NCBI GenBank assembly: GCA_038212405.1
Contig: JBBQUN010000001.1
Coordinates: 830-64,829, forward strand
Reading direction: 5' to 3'
Length of the DNA stretch: 64,000 nt
DNA from: Acidimicrobiales bacterium
GTDB taxonomy: Bacteria > Actinomycetota > Acidimicrobiia > Acidimicrobiales > SZUA-35
The position numbers and the translations under genes are program-made. Each line of letters starts with the position of its first letter. Within the stretch, counting starts at the first letter, position 1. Shown piece by piece: positions 20,532 through 29,343 of the stretch. The notes under the pieces are model-generated. The model was not told where the DNA came from, did no database searches, and worked only from the letters and a program-made list of their open reading frames with translations.

Positions 20532-20640
20532 GTTCTGTGTGCCAGAGTCACCACTGATTCTGTTCCGTGGGCAGAACTTGCCGCTGGCGGCAACGGTGGC
20601 ACACAGAACTGATGAAGCGAGCCCTTTGGCCCACAGAACG
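20532..20640. promoter_or_regulatory. cluster of GTTCTGTG / CACAGAAC inverted repeats (operator array or structured RNA)
   Basis: GTTCTGTGTGCC (20532-43) is the perfect reverse complement of GGCACACAGAAC (20598-609). There is an inner TTCTG-N8-CAGAA (20559-76), a GCCGCTGGCGGC palindrome, and a further GGCCCACAGAAC at 20629-40. Confidence 0.4.
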
Positions 20641-20673
20641 AGGGATGACGAGGCCAGCGCCTACTGTGTGAGG

Positions 20674-21948
20674 ATGCGTCACGGGCAACAAAGGCGGAAA
20701 TCGACGTCGATCCCGAGAGTCGTGTCGACATCGGGGCGTTCGAGAGTCCCAAGAACGCTGGCAGCACTGAGCGCCCTGGCGCTCGCGGCGAGCGCCTGTA
20801 GTCGGTTCACCGATGCGGCAACGATGGCGCCGGCTCCAACGCCCGCCGCACCGACGACGCCGCAGTCGGCGACGACTCCATCCAGCATGACCCCGGCCGC
20901 GCCCACCTCCTCGACGTCGACAACGACAGCGGCGACAGCGACAGCGCCGACAACGACAGCGCCGACAACGACAGCGCCGACAACGACCACCGAGCCCGCC
21001 GTGCTGGCATCAGGGCCGTCGTCCGGTTGCGAGCAGCCAGAGCCGGCGTCGTTGCCAACTCAGATCGTCTCTGCTGACGGTGTCCGACGCACGTTCCGGG
21101 TGGAATTGCCGAGGGACTATGACCAGAGCGTCCCTGCACCGCTGGTCTTCGACTTTCACGGGTTGGGGAGTGATGGCTTCCAAGAAGCGCTCGTCAGCGG
21201 GGTTGATATCGCTGCCGATCGAGCAGGGTTCATTTCGGTGATCCCCGACGGTGCGTTGAATCAGGTGCTCAATGCTCGGTTGTGGAACCTGTCGACGCGA
21301 AGCGAAGGTGCGCTGGCCGAACTCGCCGTCGACGATGTTGCCTTCACGGCAGAACTACTCGATTCGATCGAGTCGCAGTTCTGTGTCGACACCGGCCGGG
21401 TGTTTGCGATGGGCCTGTCGAACGGTGGCTTCTTCTCGACCGTGTTGGCTTGTGCGATGGCAGACCGCATTGCTGCGGTGGCCACCATCGCGGGCATCAC
21501 TCATCCCGACGGCTGCGAACCGGTCAGGCCGGTGCCGGTGTTGCATTTCCATGGAACCGCCGACAACGTCGTGCCGTTCGATGGTGGCGAGTCCGTTCTC
21601 ACCCAGGGTTCGCGAGGCCCGCTCGGCGGACTGACCGAGGAGCAGATGGCCGATTTCGCCAACGAGCTCTTCCAACCGATCGAAGACGAGGTCGGGCAGT
21701 GGGCCGCCACCAACCGCTGCCGTTCGACTCCCGAGGTGATCGAGCTGTCCAACGAGGTCGAGCGCCGGGTGTTCGCTGATTGCCGTGGGGCCGATGTGGA
21801 GTTCTACGTGATCGAGGGTGGCGGCCATACCTGGCCAGGATCGCTGGCCACGGCGTTCATTTCGTCGCTCGGGTTCACCACCTTCGACGTGAGCGCAACG
21901 GCGTTGGCCTTCGAGTGGTTCGTCGGCCATCCCATGCCGGCCAACTGA
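20674..21948 (+). CDS. lipoprotein esterase, PHB-depolymerase/feruloyl-esterase family
   Basis: LAALSALALAASAC is lipobox-like. A T/P/A linker follows. Motifs GLSNGGFF (GxSxG) and HFHGTADNVVPF. Start uncertain. Confidence 0.75.
   Translation: MRHGQQRRKSTSIPRVVSTSGRSRVPRTLAALSALALAASACSRFTDAATMAPAPTPAAPTTPQSATTPSSMTPAAPTSSTSTTTAATATAPTTTAPTTTAPTTTTEPAVLASGPSSGCEQPEPASLPTQIVSADGVRRTFRVELPRDYDQSVPAPLVFDFHGLGSDGFQEALVSGVDIAADRAGFISVIPDGALNQVLNARLWNLSTRSEGALAELAVDDVAFTAELLDSIESQFCVDTGRVFAMGLSNGGFFSTVLACAMADRIAAVATIAGITHPDGCEPVRPVPVLHFHGTADNVVPFDGGESVLTQGSRGPLGGLTEEQMADFANELFQPIEDEVGQWAATNRCRSTPEVIELSNEVERRVFADCRGADVEFYVIEGGGHTWPGSLATAFISSLGFTTFDVSATALAFEWFVGHPMPAN
20946..20987. repeat. in-frame 15-bp tandem repeat (PTTTA x3) in esterase linker
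   Basis: GCCGACAACGACAGC is repeated at 20946, 20961 and 20976 (partial), with degenerate copies upstream from ~20916. Confidence 0.9.
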
Positions 21949-22127
21949 CGGTCTGCCGACTGACGACTCGATGTTGATCGAGGCCGTGGCAGAGAGACGA
22001 TGGTTCTTCGCCCCGGCTCGTGCCCTGTTGTCGCGTTGTGACAACACGCTCTGGCGATGAACCGGGGATGTATCCCGACGGTGAACAGCTCGACGATCGA
22101 TCTGATCGTCCCTTCGACGATCGTGAT

Positions 22128-23921
22128 TCAGGGCTGGATCTCGAGCGGAACCCAGCCCCGGACGGCGTTGATCATGAAGATCGAGTCGGCGGTTCGCAGA
22201 TCATCGACGTACAGGATGCCTTCGGTGATCTTGTCGTGAGCGAGTAGTTCGGCCCGGAACGTGCCAGGGAGTAGTCCGCTGGCGAGCGGCGGAGTCACCA
22301 GCCGGCCGTTGTGCTCGATCACGAGGTTGCCGATCGTGGTTTCGGTGAGTTCGCCCCGTTCGTTCCAGAGGATCACTTCGTCGACCCCGGGATTCGCTGA
22401 GCGGTGGTGTTCGTAGACCTGACGAAGCGTGCTCTTGTGGCGCAACGCGGCGTCGTTGGATCGCACCGGCATCGAGGCGAGCGCTGCGGTCCAGGGACGA
22501 CACACCGGCTTGGGAAGAGGAGCCAGAGTGAGATCGAGCTCACCATTCGGACCGGCGAGGAGTCGTGCTCGCTGTGGCTCGTCGCCTTCGATCTGGTCGA
22601 GCAATCGAGCGACCTCGCTGCGGTCGATAGCGGCGTGGTCGACGTGGCGGCCGAGTCGTGCCGCTGATCGGGTGAGGCGGTCGAGGTGTCGATCGAGGTT
22701 GGCGATGCCGAGGCCTGGGTGCCACGACATGGTTTCGATCAAACAGATCGGTTCGCACGCCCGGTCGAGTACTCGGGTCTTGACCTTGGTCTCGACCCAT
22801 TCGTCGGCAGGATCGGAGTCCCACACGATGCCGCCGCCGGCCCCGTAGGTGGCGGTGGCGGTATCGAGGTCGACCCACACCGTACGGATCGCCACATTGA
22901 AGGTGGCAGCACCCGATGGCGAGATGGTTCCCGCCGCTCCGCAGTACACGCCGCGGGGCGTGGTCTCGAGTTCGGTGATCAGCTCGGTGGTTCGTACTTT
23001 CGGCGCGCCGGTGATGGAAGCGGGCGGGAACGTGGCTGCGAAGACCTCGGGGAGTCGAGCCGAGGTCGTGGCCGTGACGGTCGAGGTGAGGTGCATCACC
23101 GTGGGATAACGCTCGACGGTGTGCAGTGCAGGCACTCGCACCGAACCGATCTCGGCGATCCGTCCGAAATCGTTGCGCATCATGTCGAGAATCATCGTGT
23201 TCTCGGCCCGATCCTTGCTGCTCGCCGCCAGTTCGTTGCCGAGTTCTTCGTCTTCGATCGAGGTTTGACCCCGGGGCCGGGTGCCCTTCATCGGAAGCGA
23301 GGTGAGCTCGAATCGAGCGCCCTCGAGTGGGGCCTTGTGGAGGAACAGTTCAGGAGATGCCGAGCAGAGGGCGAACCGGCCGAGGTCGAGGAATACGCCA
23401 TAAGGCGCTCGCTGCGCGTCCATCAACGAGCGGAACAGTCCGAGTGGCGATCCGGTGAAGGCAGCCGTGCGACGATAGGTCAGGTTGACCTGGTAGGTGT
23501 CGCCGGCAGCGATGTGCTCCTTCACCAAGCCGACACCCGATTGATATTCGGCCGGGGTGAGCGAATCGGTCCATGGGCCACACGAGAAGAAGTCGCTGTC
23601 GAGCGGATCGTCAATGGCCTGGTCATAGACCCCGAAGACCGCCAAAGGGACTCGTTCGTTGCGGTGGGATTGGATCGCTCGGTCGAAGGCCGGTCCGGCG
23701 TCGTAGCTGAGGTAGCCAACCACCCATGAGCCGCGTTCGGCGTGTTTCTCGGCTTCAGCGATCACCGCGGTCACGTCGTGCAGTTTCCAGGCAACCAGGG
23801 TGACGAGTGGGTCTTCGAACGACAGCCAGCGATCGGCACCGGGATCGCGAGCGATGGCTCGCTTGGCGACGAGGGGCTCCTCACTCGTGTTCGTTCTCGG
23901 CTTTCGAGCTACTTCTACCAT
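22128..23921 (-). CDS. pabB: aminodeoxychorismate synthase component I fused to aminodeoxychorismate lyase-like (class IV aminotransferase fold) domain
   Basis: Chorismate-binding motifs SPELFL, LPMKGTRPRG, GAPKVRTTELI and GVYCGAAG. The C-terminal ~200 aa (ETTIGNLVIEHNGRLVTPPLASGLLPGTFR) are PabC/IlvE-like. Confidence 0.85.
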   Translation of the reverse strand: MVEVARKPRTNTSEEPLVAKRAIARDPGADRWLSFEDPLVTLVAWKLHDVTAVIAEAEKHAERGSWVVGYLSYDAGPAFDRAIQSHRNERVPLAVFGVYDQAIDDPLDSDFFSCGPWTDSLTPAEYQSGVGLVKEHIAAGDTYQVNLTYRRTAAFTGSPLGLFRSLMDAQRAPYGVFLDLGRFALCSASPELFLHKAPLEGARFELTSLPMKGTRPRGQTSIEDEELGNELAASSKDRAENTMILDMMRNDFGRIAEIGSVRVPALHTVERYPTVMHLTSTVTATTSARLPEVFAATFPPASITGAPKVRTTELITELETTPRGVYCGAAGTISPSGAATFNVAIRTVWVDLDTATATYGAGGGIVWDSDPADEWVETKVKTRVLDRACEPICLIETMSWHPGLGIANLDRHLDRLTRSAARLGRHVDHAAIDRSEVARLLDQIEGDEPQRARLLAGPNGELDLTLAPLPKPVCRPWTAALASMPVRSNDAALRHKSTLRQVYEHHRSANPGVDEVILWNERGELTETTIGNLVIEHNGRLVTPPLASGLLPGTFRAELLAHDKITEGILYVDDLRTADSIFMINAVRGWVPLEIQP

Positions 23922-24074
23922 TCGAACCGTGCTTACCGTTCATTGATTTGGTGATGGTGGATCACCGGTTCTGCCAACGTTGCGTGGCTCGTGAAACGTT
24001 CCGCCGAGCGCCGTGAACAGGTTCAGGAGCCGCGGCGCCGGGACACTCATTGGCCTGGCGTTACCCTCTGTCGA

Positions 24075-24905
24075 GTGGACACGCCCTATGACCCCAGCAA
24101 CGATATCGACGCCATCACCTCGATCGTTCAACAGGCGAGCGACCTCGCCCTTGCCTGGTTCCGCCAGCCGCTCGAGGTGGCCAACAAGCTGGCCGGCGCC
24201 ACGATCAGGCCCGATGCTGCGGTGAGCGATGCCGCGCCATTCGACCCGGTCACCGAGGCTGATCGAGCGGTCGAAGATGCGCTGCGTTCCGCGCTCGCTG
24301 CCCGGTTCCCCGACCATGAAATCCTCGGTGAGGAGCGAGGGCTCACCGGCCACGGTCAGCACCGTTGGATCATCGATCCGATCGATGGCACTCGGGCCTT
24401 CATCACCGGCCAACCGCTCTGGGGCACACTGCTTGGTCTGCGCTACGAGGACCGCATGCTTGCCGGTTGGCTGCACAACCCGGTGCTTCGAGAAACCTAC
24501 GTCGGTAGCGTCAACGGATCGTTCCGGATCACGAGCGCAGGTATCGAGCCCATCATGACCAGCGCCGTGACCGACCTCGACCAGGCGGTGGTGCTGTGCA
24601 CCCACCCCGATCTCTTCGCCCCGGGGCCCGAGTCCGACGCGTTTGCTCGCCTCGGCCGGGCAACGAAGATGGTGCGCTACAGCGGTGATTGCATGAACTA
24701 CGCGCTGTTGGCATCGGGTTTCGGCGATCTGGTCGTCGAGAACCAGCTCCAGTCCTACGACATCGCAGCGCTGATCCCGATCATCGAGCATGCGGGTGGG
24801 GTCATCACCTCGCTCGACGGCGGCTCTGCCATCGACGGCGGCTACGTGGTCGCCGCGGCCAACCCGCAGCTGCACGCAGCCGCCATTGCTGTATTGAACG
24901 GCTGA
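24075..24905 (+). CDS. inositol monophosphatase family protein (possibly histidinol-phosphatase HisN type)
   Basis: DPVTEADRAVE, ILGEE and WIIDPIDGTRAFITG motifs. GTG 24075 is preferred over the tracked 23991 start. Confidence 0.8.
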   Translation: MDTPYDPSNDIDAITSIVQQASDLALAWFRQPLEVANKLAGATIRPDAAVSDAAPFDPVTEADRAVEDALRSALAARFPDHEILGEERGLTGHGQHRWIIDPIDGTRAFITGQPLWGTLLGLRYEDRMLAGWLHNPVLRETYVGSVNGSFRITSAGIEPIMTSAVTDLDQAVVLCTHPDLFAPGPESDAFARLGRATKMVRYSGDCMNYALLASGFGDLVVENQLQSYDIAALIPIIEHAGGVITSLDGGSAIDGGYVVAAANPQLHAAAIAVLNG

Positions 24906-24909
24906 ATCG

Positions 24910-26988
24910 TTGCCGTGCCGCCAAGCGGTTCCTGGTGCGCTTGGTGCGACGTTGGCTGTTCTGGTTTCGGTCGTGCTGCTTTCGGTCGTGTCGCTGTTGG
25001 TCGTGTCGTCGGCGATCGCCTCCGCTCAGGTCGACGACACCGCTCCTGTCGACGACACCGCTCCTGCTGACGACCGCGTGTCGGTCGATCAGGCACTGGC
25101 GGTGCCGATCGCTGTCTGCGAAACCGACGGTCCGTTCGCGTTCGGTGTTGGCGTCGACTGCACCATCGAACTCGATGCGCGGCTCGACGCTGAGCGGTTG
25201 TTCGCCGCCGGGTTGATCGATCAGAACGGCGAGTACTGGCCCTGCGACATCGAAGCCACCGGGCTGGTATGTGGCGACATTGGCCAGGAACGCCATGACC
25301 TGGCGACCCGACGCCTCGATCTCGAACTCAATCACGAGGTCGAGGGATACCTCCAGTTCGACGACGTTGCCTTGGTCGAGACGGCGACCGATCAACAGCC
25401 CCGGCTCGTCACGTTCATCGACCCCGCCGAGCCCGTGGTCTTCGAAGGGCGTCCGCTCCCGATCGAGCTGTTCGCAACCACCGAGATCGAGCGAGTGTTC
25501 GTCGTGGTCCGCGAGCGCACCGGGGGCGGGCTCGTCGACACCATGGAAGTCACTGCTCCTGGGCTCGATCGATCAGTATCGACCCGCCTCGTCATCGATG
25601 TCGAACCAGGGCGCTATCGGCTGTGGCCGTGTATCGGTGCCGACGAGACCACGTGCGAACTGCTGCCCGCCGGCTTTCCGATCCAAGTCATCGATCCGGA
25701 GATTCGCGAGCTGTTGCCGGGGCACAACCGGCCGAGCGCCGAGCGAATCAACGTCGTTTTCGCTGGCAGCCAGCTCGGCGATGCCGACGACCTGGCGTCG
25801 ATCGCAACGGCGATGTTGACGATCGATGGACCAGAGACCGGGCCGTACCGGTTCTCGGTCGGCCCCATGGCCATCGAGCCACTGGCGTCGAATGCCCACC
25901 GGTTCAACTTTTGGTATCTCGTCGACCAGCTCGCTGACGAGCGATCGCTTCTCGGCGATGGCACCGATCGGCGTGTCCTCGCCGGGTTCGAGCTGGAGAA
26001 CATGGCCGTCACCGTCTTGTATGGGCCCGGGTATGGACCGTCTGATGCCAGGCTCACCTCGTTGTGGAACGAGATCACGGTGCCGCCGGCGAACCAGATC
26101 CGCTTCGGTGGGGCCCGAGTCTCGGTCGATCCCGACGATCCGCTGGCGAGCGCCGAGACCCTCGCCCATGAGTGGGGACACAGCGTGTTCGAGCTGCGAG
26201 ACGAGTACGTCGGTTTCGATGATCGTGGGGTACTCACCCAGTATCCAAACTGTGCGCCTTCGCCGACGCTGGCCAATGACTGGTGGGGGCCGCTCGACGG
26301 GTCGATCGATCCGTTCGTCTACGAGCTCCTCCGCGCCCGGCGAGCCAGCGGGTTTCCCGGCGAACCAATCGAGGGACAAAACCTCGCTTCGACCGTACGG
26401 GTAGGTGTGTTCCCCGGCGGCTGCTACGGGGCCGCTGATGCAACCACCGCCTATCGTCCAACCTCCGACTCGCTGATGAACAGTGAAATCCCGGTGTGGG
26501 GATCGGTGAATCGTCGTCGTGTCGAGGAGGTCCTCGGCCGGTTCTCCGGTCGTGGTCCACTCGACGATCTCGATGCCGTCGACCTGGATTGTGAGCGAGT
26601 CGCCGGCGTCGTTCGTTGTTCCGGGATCCTCGATCGCTACCTCGACCCGCCCGGCCAGTCGGTCTCACTCGCCGGTGATGCTTGTGCCGTCTCCTCGCCC
26701 GCTGATCGGTCGAGTCCGACCGAACGGGGTCTGTCCAGGATCAGCTGTCAGACACGATCGTCTGTCGGCCCGCTCGTTCTCGCCCTCGGCCAGGAGCAGC
26801 GCACGGTGGCCGTCGTCGATGTCGTGCCTGAACCGGTCGCCGAGCCTGCCGGAGATGGGGCGGATGGGGTAGCGTCGGTGGGTGAGCCGGCAGACGGATC
26901 GTGGAAGGTGCCGGCGGCAATGGCCGCACTGCTCGGAGCCTTCGCCCTGGTCAGGCTAGGTCGGGCTGCTCGGCGTCGTCAGAAGTGA
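24910..26988 (+). CDS. secreted, C-terminally anchored M64-like zinc metallopeptidase
   Basis: N-terminal signal/TM (LAVLVSVVLLSVVSLLVVSSAIASA). HEWGHSVFELRDEY matches the HExxHxxxxLxDEY pattern of the M64 (IgA-peptidase) family. C-terminal hydrophobic helix plus RAARRRQK tail. Confidence 0.7.
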   Translation: MPCRQAVPGALGATLAVLVSVVLLSVVSLLVVSSAIASAQVDDTAPVDDTAPADDRVSVDQALAVPIAVCETDGPFAFGVGVDCTIELDARLDAERLFAAGLIDQNGEYWPCDIEATGLVCGDIGQERHDLATRRLDLELNHEVEGYLQFDDVALVETATDQQPRLVTFIDPAEPVVFEGRPLPIELFATTEIERVFVVVRERTGGGLVDTMEVTAPGLDRSVSTRLVIDVEPGRYRLWPCIGADETTCELLPAGFPIQVIDPEIRELLPGHNRPSAERINVVFAGSQLGDADDLASIATAMLTIDGPETGPYRFSVGPMAIEPLASNAHRFNFWYLVDQLADERSLLGDGTDRRVLAGFELENMAVTVLYGPGYGPSDARLTSLWNEITVPPANQIRFGGARVSVDPDDPLASAETLAHEWGHSVFELRDEYVGFDDRGVLTQYPNCAPSPTLANDWWGPLDGSIDPFVYELLRARRASGFPGEPIEGQNLASTVRVGVFPGGCYGAADATTAYRPTSDSLMNSEIPVWGSVNRRRVEEVLGRFSGRGPLDDLDAVDLDCERVAGVVRCSGILDRYLDPPGQSVSLAGDACAVSSPADRSSPTERGLSRISCQTRSSVGPLVLALGQEQRTVAVVDVVPEPVAEPAGDGADGVASVGEPADGSWKVPAAMAALLGAFALVRLGRAARRRQK
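25030..25074. repeat. in-frame 18-bp x2.5 tandem repeat (VDDTAP)
   Basis: GTCGACGACACCGCTCCT at 25030 and 25048, and partial GCTGACGAC at 25066. Confidence 0.9.
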
Positions 26989-27055
26989 GACACTGCACCG
27001 GTCCGATCATCGGAAGCGTTCGGGGGACGAGCGTGATGAACAAGGGGGATCGAGC

Positions 27056-27493
27056 ATGCAGGTCGCAGACATCTTGGCGCGTAAGGGATCGTTGGTGGAG
27101 ACGGTTCCGCCTGGGACAACCGTGCGCGACATCGTCGCCAAACTCAAGGAGCTCGGTATCGGTTCACTGATCGTTTCTGTCAGCGGCACGACGATCGACG
27201 GCATTGTGTCCGAGCGAGACATCGTGGGTCGCCTCGATTCCGACGGTGGCGATCTTCTCGACCTAATGGTTGATCAGATCATGACCCGAGACGTGGTGAC
27301 CTGTGGCCTTGCTGACCGCGCCGACGGACTGTTGACGATGATGACCAGCCGTCGTATCCGACACCTCCCGGTCATCGACAACGGCGTTCTCGCCGGGATC
27401 GTCAGCATCGGCGATGTGGTGAAGTGCCGCCTCGACGAGTTGGTCGAAGAAGCCAAGGCGCTCGAGGGGTACATCCAGAACACCGGCTACTGA
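27056..27493 (+). CDS. CBS domain pair protein
   Basis: Two CBS repeats (GIGSLIVS...GIVSERDIV and RHLPVIDNGVLAGIVSIGDVV) in a 145-aa protein. Confidence 0.85.
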   Translation: MQVADILARKGSLVETVPPGTTVRDIVAKLKELGIGSLIVSVSGTTIDGIVSERDIVGRLDSDGGDLLDLMVDQIMTRDVVTCGLADRADGLLTMMTSRRIRHLPVIDNGVLAGIVSIGDVVKCRLDELVEEAKALEGYIQNTGY

Positions 27494-27537
27494 GCGCTGG
27501 TGGTGCAGCGAGGGGCAGGCGCCCCGGAACAGCGCAG

Positions 27538-28428
27538 TTACGCCTGGCGGTTGGCGATGCCGTTGATGGCATCGGCGATCTGCGGCACGAGCGTCGGTGG
27601 GAGGTCGTGGCCCATCTGCGCCAGCACGAGCAGATCGGCATCGCGCACGGCTTCCGCTGTGGCGACAGCACCAGACCAGTCGATCAATTCGTCGGCTCGG
27701 CCATGGATGACCAGGAACGGCAGATCGACTGACGCCAATCGTTCGGTGCGGTTGCCCGAAGCGAAGATTGCTGCCATTTGGAAGGCGGCGCCCAGCGGGT
27801 AGAAGCTGCGGTCGTAGCTGGCGGCGGTGCGAATGGCGGCCATTTCCCGGTCCCACAGCGGGCCGGCGATGGCTTTGCTGCCCTCGATGCCTTGGGCGAT
27901 CATGGCGTCACGGCCTTCGGCCGGTGGTGCCAAGAGCGCACCCATCGCTTCCGGTGTTGCTTGTCCAACCGACTGGTCACCAGTGGTGGACATGATCGAG
28001 GTGACCGAACGCAGCCGATCGGGATGCTCGATCGCCATGGTCTGCACGATCATTCCGCCCATGGAAGCACCAACGACATGCGCCGAGTCGATGCCGAGAT
28101 GATCGAGCAAGCCAAGCGCGTCGTCGGACATGGTGGACAAGGTGTAGGGGGCTGCGCCGTCGACATCTTCGCCGGCCTGGACCCGGGCCATGACCGCCAT
28201 GGGGTCGGGCGGATCGCCGGCGGTCTTCTCGGAGAGTCCGCAGTCACGGTTGTCGTGGCGAATCACGTAGAACCCGCGATCACACAGCGCCTGCACGAGT
28301 GCATCGGGCCAAACAATCAGTTGCGCCGTGAACCCCATCACCAGGAGCAATGGCTCGTCGTCGGGATTCCCGCTGACTTCGTAGTAGAGGTCGATTCCAT
28401 TGGCTCTTGCGATTGGCACGAGGGGCAT
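27538..28428 (-). CDS. alpha/beta hydrolase
   Basis: ATG 28428 (MPLVPIARANGIDLYYEVSG), LLLVMGF, GASMGG nucleophile elbow and a late HGRADELI. The tracked 5' extension to 28671 overlaps the TetR gene and is rejected. Confidence 0.85.
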   Translation of the reverse strand: MPLVPIARANGIDLYYEVSGNPDDEPLLLVMGFTAQLIVWPDALVQALCDRGFYVIRHDNRDCGLSEKTAGDPPDPMAVMARVQAGEDVDGAAPYTLSTMSDDALGLLDHLGIDSAHVVGASMGGMIVQTMAIEHPDRLRSVTSIMSTTGDQSVGQATPEAMGALLAPPAEGRDAMIAQGIEGSKAIAGPLWDREMAAIRTAASYDRSFYPLGAAFQMAAIFASGNRTERLASVDLPFLVIHGRADELIDWSGAVATAEAVRDADLLVLAQMGHDLPPTLVPQIADAINGIANRQA

Positions 28429-28462
28429 CCTCGCATGCCATCTGGGGGAACACCAACAGGTG

Positions 28463-29089
28463 TCAGGGGTTGCCGAGACCGCGAAGGCCTCCCCAGGCCA
28501 GCGTGGCCATGTCGGCGGCCAGGGTGGCGGTGTCCACGCTGGCGTTGCTGGCATCGCTGTCGTTGCTGGCATCGCTGTCGTTGACCAGCCAGTGTCGCAC
28601 CATGCCCTCGGCCAGGCCGACCATGCCGTGAGCAAAAGCGATCCGGCGAGCACTCGACATGCCGGGGACATCGATCAGGGCGGCAATCGATCGAGCAATC
28701 GACCCCTCGACTCGCTGGGTGATCATGACCCACTCGTCGTCCTCGCGGCTGGTGCCGGTGAAGAGCAATCGAAAGCCGTCGCCGTCGGATTCCACGAAGT
28801 CGAGGTAGGCGGCCAGGCCGTGCTCGACTTGCTCGCGAGGTGATCCGGCCGTGGCCGCAGCTTGGATCACGTCGTGTTCGAGCCGGTGGCCGACATCGTC
28901 GAGGACGGCGTGGAACAGATCTCGCTTCGACGCGAAATGTTGATAGAGCACCGGTTTGGTGACACCGGCCTCGGTGGCGACGTCGTTCATCGACGTCTCG
29001 TGGAAACCGCTGCGAGCAAACACTCGGCGAGCGGTATCGAGAAGCTGCTGGCGACGCTCGAGGGCAGGGAGGCGACCCGTGCTCACCAC
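28463..29089 (-). CDS. TetR/AcrR family transcriptional regulator
   Basis: RRQQLLDTARRVFARSGFHETSMNDVATEAGVTKPVLYQHFASKRDLF is a TetR HTH. Confidence 0.9.
   Translation of the reverse strand: MVSTGRLPALERRQQLLDTARRVFARSGFHETSMNDVATEAGVTKPVLYQHFASKRDLFHAVLDDVGHRLEHDVIQAAATAGSPREQVEHGLAAYLDFVESDGDGFRLLFTGTSREDDEWVMITQRVEGSIARSIAALIDVPGMSSARRIAFAHGMVGLAEGMVRHWLVNDSDASNDSDASNASVDTATLAADMATLAWGGLRGLGNP
28544..28585. repeat. in-frame 18-bp tandem repeat (NDSDAS x2) near TetR C-terminus
   Basis: GTTGCTGGCATCGCTGTC at 28544 and 28562, followed by a partial third copy. Confidence 0.9.
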
Positions 29090-29343
29090 GAATCGTTGCG
29101 GTCGGCCCGATCTGCCGCCTTCACGCCGTACTTGAACACCAGCGCAGGGGCGAGGAGCATCGACCCCAGGATCATGGCAACGATGATCACGATGACAGCC
29201 GGTTGTTTGAACCCGGTCATGTAGGAGGCAAAGAACACCACGCTGGCAAAGACGTAGAGGCCGCTTCCGAGTCGGATCCCCTTCGACACGAGGTCGGCGA
29301 CCTTTGCTCGTTGCGCCCGAACCGGGTCCATCGGCTGATTCAT
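29083..29343 (-). CDS. small two-helix membrane protein, function unknown
   Basis: 86-aa ORF with two hydrophobic helices. It overlaps the TetR start by 7 nt and the upstream glycosyltransferase stop by 4 nt. Confidence 0.5.
   Translation of the reverse strand: MNQPMDPVRAQRAKVADLVSKGIRLGSGLYVFASVVFFASYMTGFKQPAVIVIIVAMILGSMLLAPALVFKYGVKAADRADRNDSW

Noticed and set aside
28428-28671. 5' extension of the alpha/beta-hydrolase ORF containing an AMPATT AMPAT repeat
   Set aside because: The peptide repeat is just the antisense reading of the 18-bp tandem repeat in the TetR gene. The hydrolase has a good internal start at 28428 with the expected N-terminus.
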